Source of the DNA: an uncultured archaeon
GTDB taxonomy: Archaea; Micrarchaeota; Micrarchaeia; Anstonellales; Bilamarchaeaceae
DNA length: 64,000 nucleotides
Direction of reading: 5' to 3'
Assembly: GCA_963734525.1 (NCBI GenBank)
Contig: CAVTHI010000006.1
Coordinates: 49,740-113,739, forward strand
Below, piece by piece: positions 60,784-64,000 of the stretch. Within the stretch, counting starts at the first letter, position 1; each line of letters opens with the position of its first letter. A program made the translations under genes and the position numbers. A model generated the notes under the pieces. It saw only the letters and a program-made list of their open reading frames with translations. It was not told the DNA's origin and searched no databases.

Positions 60784-61242
60784 GTGGGCAGGCGGCGCGT
60801 CCCGACCGGGACTCCGATACCCAAGGCGCTCGCCTGCGGGATGCTCGAGGATGGGGGGAGGGTGCTGTTTTTGGTGCGCGCTGATGCGAGCGGAGCCGAG
60901 CGCATCGAGATGCCCTGCGTGCTCGTGCCGTCCGGAAGGAGCCCGTTCGCGGAAATCAAGGAATCCTTCGGGAGGCTCACCGGCATAGCGGACTGCCAGG
61001 TGCATGAAGTGGAGCTTGAGGGCAGGTTCAATTCAGGCTCGCGGAAAAGAAGGTTCCTCGTCCCGGTCCTCGCGTTCAGGGTCACGGCGAGGGAAAGGCG
61101 GGCGAAGCCTGCGCCGGGGTTTTCCGGCTTCCGGTGGCTTTCAATCGAGGAGGCGCTGAAGCAGAGGCTTTCGCGCAACCTGGAATGGCTGAGAACCGCT
61201 AGAAAAGCATCAGCGCCAGAACCGCCAAAGCAAGCAGGATGA
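60784..61242 (+). CDS. degenerate NUDIX-fold protein B
   Basis: Paralogue of A: PKALACGMLE..IEMP..F...TGI..GFRWLSIE. Confidence 0.55.
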   Translation: MGRRRVPTGTPIPKALACGMLEDGGRVLFLVRADASGAERIEMPCVLVPSGRSPFAEIKESFGRLTGIADCQVHEVELEGRFNSGSRKRRFLVPVLAFRVTARERRAKPAPGFSGFRWLSIEEALKQRLSRNLEWLRTARKASAPEPPKQAG

Positions 61243-61933
61243 GGAACGCGCCCAGGCCGATGCTCGCAAGAGCCTTTTCATCCATGACCACGCCGGCGTC
61301 ATGAACGCCTATCACGAGAGGGTATTCAAGCGTCCCGGAGATACTGGAGCCTGCGCCGACTTGCGGGGCGAGCGGGTCGACCGCCACATTGACGCTGGTT
61401 CCGAGCGGCAGGCAGTATTCGGTCACGCGGATGGCCCCGTGCATGTAGTTCTTCATCCTTTCCTTCGCCCCTGGAAGCGCCAGCACCGTCCGGAGGACGC
61501 GCTCGTCGAGAATCTCTCCCGGGCTGATTTCGCTCGTGATATCCGCGATGCCCCGGACCTGGCGCATGGCCGGCCCGAGCATGTCGAAGAGGCCGGGATT
61601 CGGGCGGATGTATCCCTCGTATCTTTTTGGGGGCGGGAGATGGAACGAGGCGTGGGCCGGGTCCACGGCCTTCCCGTCAACCTTGAAGGGCACCTTCGAC
61701 TCGAACGAATAGATTTCCTTCCACGGGTTCGCCCCGCGCTGGTAGTATTCAACTACCACTTTCGAGTATGCGCACCCTTGGGCGGTGATGTGGCTTTGGA
61801 GCTGGCCGCCCGACGAGAGGGGGCCGGATATGGTGACCTTCTTGCCGGATTTCCGCATCGCGCCCCGGTAAAGGAGGTAGCCCCCGGCCAGCGTCAGCAC
61901 CGCAGGGAACACGAGCATCAGGATTTCCACCAT
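61199..61933 (-). CDS. two-TM protein, possibly GIDE/E3-ligase-like ectodomain
   Basis: Terminal TMs; L.S.IT...C.Y, VPF.V, RVTE..LP.G..V pattern. Confidence 0.5.
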   Translation of the reverse strand: MVEILMLVFPAVLTLAGGYLLYRGAMRKSGKKVTISGPLSSGGQLQSHITAQGCAYSKVVVEYYQRGANPWKEIYSFESKVPFKVDGKAVDPAHASFHLPPPKRYEGYIRPNPGLFDMLGPAMRQVRGIADITSEISPGEILDERVLRTVLALPGAKERMKNYMHGAIRVTEYCLPLGTSVNVAVDPLAPQVGAGSSISGTLEYPLVIGVHDAGVVMDEKALASIGLGAFLILLALAVLALMLF

Positions 61934-62001
61934 AACGATACCTTCCCAGGCGTTGAACGCACCCCGGAAACTCACGAAAGACAAAGGAACGGAATGCCGG
62001 T

Positions 62002-62400
62002 TTACACCAGCTTGAACTTGAACCCGTAGTGGATGAGCCCCTCCGGGTCGTCGCGCTGGATGACGCGGAAGACGCGGTCCACCCTGGAGCCGATTTTGAT
62101 GTCGTCCTTATGGGCATCAACAATCTGTCCGGTCAGCCTCGCGCCCTCGTCGAGCTCGATTACCGCCAGGATGTAGGGCACCTGGTCCTCGAACCCTTCC
62201 GGGGGGGACGTGACCTCGGTGTATGAGAAGACCTTGCCTTTCCCTGCGAACTGGATTTCAGCGAGCTTTCCCTTGCGCCTGCATTTGGGGCAAATCGCCC
62301 TTTTCGGGAAATAGGCGGTTTTGCACGTCTCGCATTTGACGCCGAGCATCCGGTATCTCTCCGGAATCCTTCTCCATGTGAGCGGGATTGACTCTTTCAT
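62002..62400 (-). CDS. DUF35/ChsH2 Zn-ribbon + OB-fold protein
   Basis: KCETC..YFPKR.ICPKC, GKVFSYT, PY.LA.IEL, GLIHYG.KF. Confidence 0.88.
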   Translation of the reverse strand: MKESIPLTWRRIPERYRMLGVKCETCKTAYFPKRAICPKCRRKGKLAEIQFAGKGKVFSYTEVTSPPEGFEDQVPYILAVIELDEGARLTGQIVDAHKDDIKIGSRVDRVFRVIQRDDPEGLIHYGFKFKLV

Positions 62401-62458
62401 ATGACGACCTCTGCATGCCTCTTCGGATGATAGATGGGATAAAGTGAATAAAAACCTG

Positions 62459-63103
62459 CTATTTCTTCGTTTTCGCGTAATCCTCCTTGAACTGCGCGAT
62501 GCCCTTGTCCGTGAGCGGGTGCCGGAACATCTTCTCGAACACGTCTGCCGGCATCGTCGCGACGTGCGCGCCCATCCTCGCCGAATCGACGACGTGCATC
62601 GGGTGGCGGACTGATGCGACTATGACTTCGGTCTTGAATTCGTATGCGCCGTAGATGTCGAGGATGTCGGCTATCAGCTTCATTCCGTCTTCCGAGATGT
62701 CATCCAGCCTGCCGACAAAGGGCGAAACGTAGGTCGCCCCGGCCTTGGCCGCAAGAAGGGCCTGCGATGCCGAGAACACGAGCGTGACGTTGGTATCGAT
62801 TTCCTTGGATGCCAGGTAGCGGACGGCCTTCAGGCCTTCCTTGGTCATCGGGAGCTTCACGACGATGTTCGGGCCCCATTTCGCGAACTCCTCGGCCTCC
62901 TTTATCATGCCCTGCGCGTCGTCGGCGATGCCTTCCACGCTGATTGGGCCCTTGACGATTTTCGCGATTTCCTTGATGACGGTCTTCTGGTCCTTGCCGG
63001 ACTTCATGATGAGCGTGGGGTTCGTCGTAACGCCGTCGCACATGCCTAATTCGACCGCCTTCCTGATAGCTTCCACATCCGCCGTGTCGATGAAGAATTT
63101 CAT
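62459..63103 (-). CDS. tal: transaldolase / fructose-6-phosphate aldolase (Fsa/TalC type)
   Basis: [36 protein letters not shown]. Confidence 0.92.
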   Translation of the reverse strand: MKFFIDTADVEAIRKAVELGMCDGVTTNPTLIMKSGKDQKTVIKEIAKIVKGPISVEGIADDAQGMIKEAEEFAKWGPNIVVKLPMTKEGLKAVRYLASKEIDTNVTLVFSASQALLAAKAGATYVSPFVGRLDDISEDGMKLIADILDIYGAYEFKTEVIVASVRHPMHVVDSARMGAHVATMPADVFEKMFRHPLTDKGIAQFKEDYAKTKK

Positions 63104-63219
63104 ATGATGCGCCTCACGATTGATTGAGGTGGGGAAGATTTTAGTAATCTTGCGGACGGCCTTCGGGGGTGGCCGGACGCGGCGAAACCAATTAATAATG
63201 TTTTAGTAGATAGTCAATC

Positions 63220-63528
63220 ATGAATAGCGGGAAGAAGGCAAGCACGCGCGCCAGGTATCATGAGGCAGCGCCGGACGTGACGGCAACCGGCATAGGCAAG
63301 TGCTACAGGAGGAGCAGGGTATTTTTCGCCAGGAAGAAAGGGGAGCTGGAGCTCATAGAGGACGATTACAGCATCAGGGCGCCCACGCCACAGGAGGCGG
63401 AACGGTTCAGGAAGGATTTGACTGCTGCCGCGGCGGTGGACCGTAAGGTCGCGAGGTTCCTTGAGGAGTTCCCGGAGCTTGTTTTCAGGGATGCCGGGCC
63501 TAAGGCCGAGGGGCCTGCGGGCGGCTGA
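63220..63528 (+). CDS. hypothetical protein (102 aa)
   Basis: ATG ORF after an AT-rich promoter-like stretch. Confidence 0.5.
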   Translation: MNSGKKASTRARYHEAAPDVTATGIGKCYRRSRVFFARKKGELELIEDDYSIRAPTPQEAERFRKDLTAAAAVDRKVARFLEEFPELVFRDAGPKAEGPAGG

Positions 63529-63540
63529 AGCGGGCCGCCA

Positions 63541-64000
63541 TCAGTTCTTCGGGCTCTTCGACTTGAGCGCATCCTCGGCCGCCTTCTCGATTCCCGCGGC
63601 ATCGAGCCCGTATTTCTTATAGAGCTCTGCGCAGTTGCCCGACTCGCCGAACCTGTCCTTCATCCCCACCCGCACGAGCGGAACGGAACGGGCGATGGCC
63701 GAGATGGATTGCGGTTCGCAAAGCGATTTCAGCTATCGCGCTTCCGAGTCCGCCGTTTATTTGATGGTCTTCGGCCGAAACGAGGACGCCGCATTTTTTT
63801 GCGTAAAGGACGACGGTTTCCTTGTCGATCGGCTTGATGGAGTGCATGTCTATTACGGCCGCGTCGATTCCCTTCTTCTTCAGCTCTTCCGCCGCCTTCA
63901 GCGCCTCGAAGACCTGGAGGCCGCACGCGAATATGGCTACGTCCTTCCCGTCGCGGTAAACGTTCGCCTTGCCGATCTCGAACGGGGTTTGGGGAGTGGT
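63541..64000 (-). CDS. transketolase C-terminal subunit (5' end outside window; garbled near 63690-63730)
   Basis: MHSIKPID, AEDHQINGGLGSAIAE, VGMKDRFGESG. Confidence 0.88.

Noticed and set aside
930-64000. Frameshifts in ykgJ, gatE, pyrD, pyrK, nucleoside phosphorylase, mscL, GNAT1, kce, NTase1, ABC ATPase, O-methyltransferase and transketolase, read as pseudogenisation or programmed frameshifting
   Set aside because: They hit essential genes such as gatE, both halves keep intact motifs, and no shared slippery motif is evident. Uncorrected sequencing indels are the simplest explanation; read polishing would settle it.

Overview
Gene-dense, GC-rich archaeal chromosomal window. GatDE, AglB, RadA, pelota, archaeal RibB/RibC/RibK, a class I GAPDH, a split transketolase and a VirB2-like pilin together suggest a DPANN archaeon, probably Micrarchaeota-like (inference). 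About a dozen genes, including the essential gatE, carry apparent small-indel frameshifts that most likely reflect assembly errors. Main highlights: (1) an ~16 kb candidate biosynthetic/surface-modification cluster (41.3-57.6 kb) with four PaaK/CapK-like adenylate-forming ligases, two paralogous GNATs, a BKACE/Kce enzyme, a phytoene/squalene synthase, two nucleotidyltransferases, an ABC exporter and an embedded proBAC operon. (2) A non-coding island at 25.4-25.75 kb holding a well-formed C/D-box sRNA that probably guides 23S Um2552, facing an unexplained structured element with two 41-nt modules. (3) A hybrid bacterial/archaeal riboflavin pathway with a RibC-RibH fusion and a candidate RbkR operator. 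(4) A VirB2-like pilin, DUF736-like protein and RadA in tandem. All calls come from motif recognition; no database searches were run.
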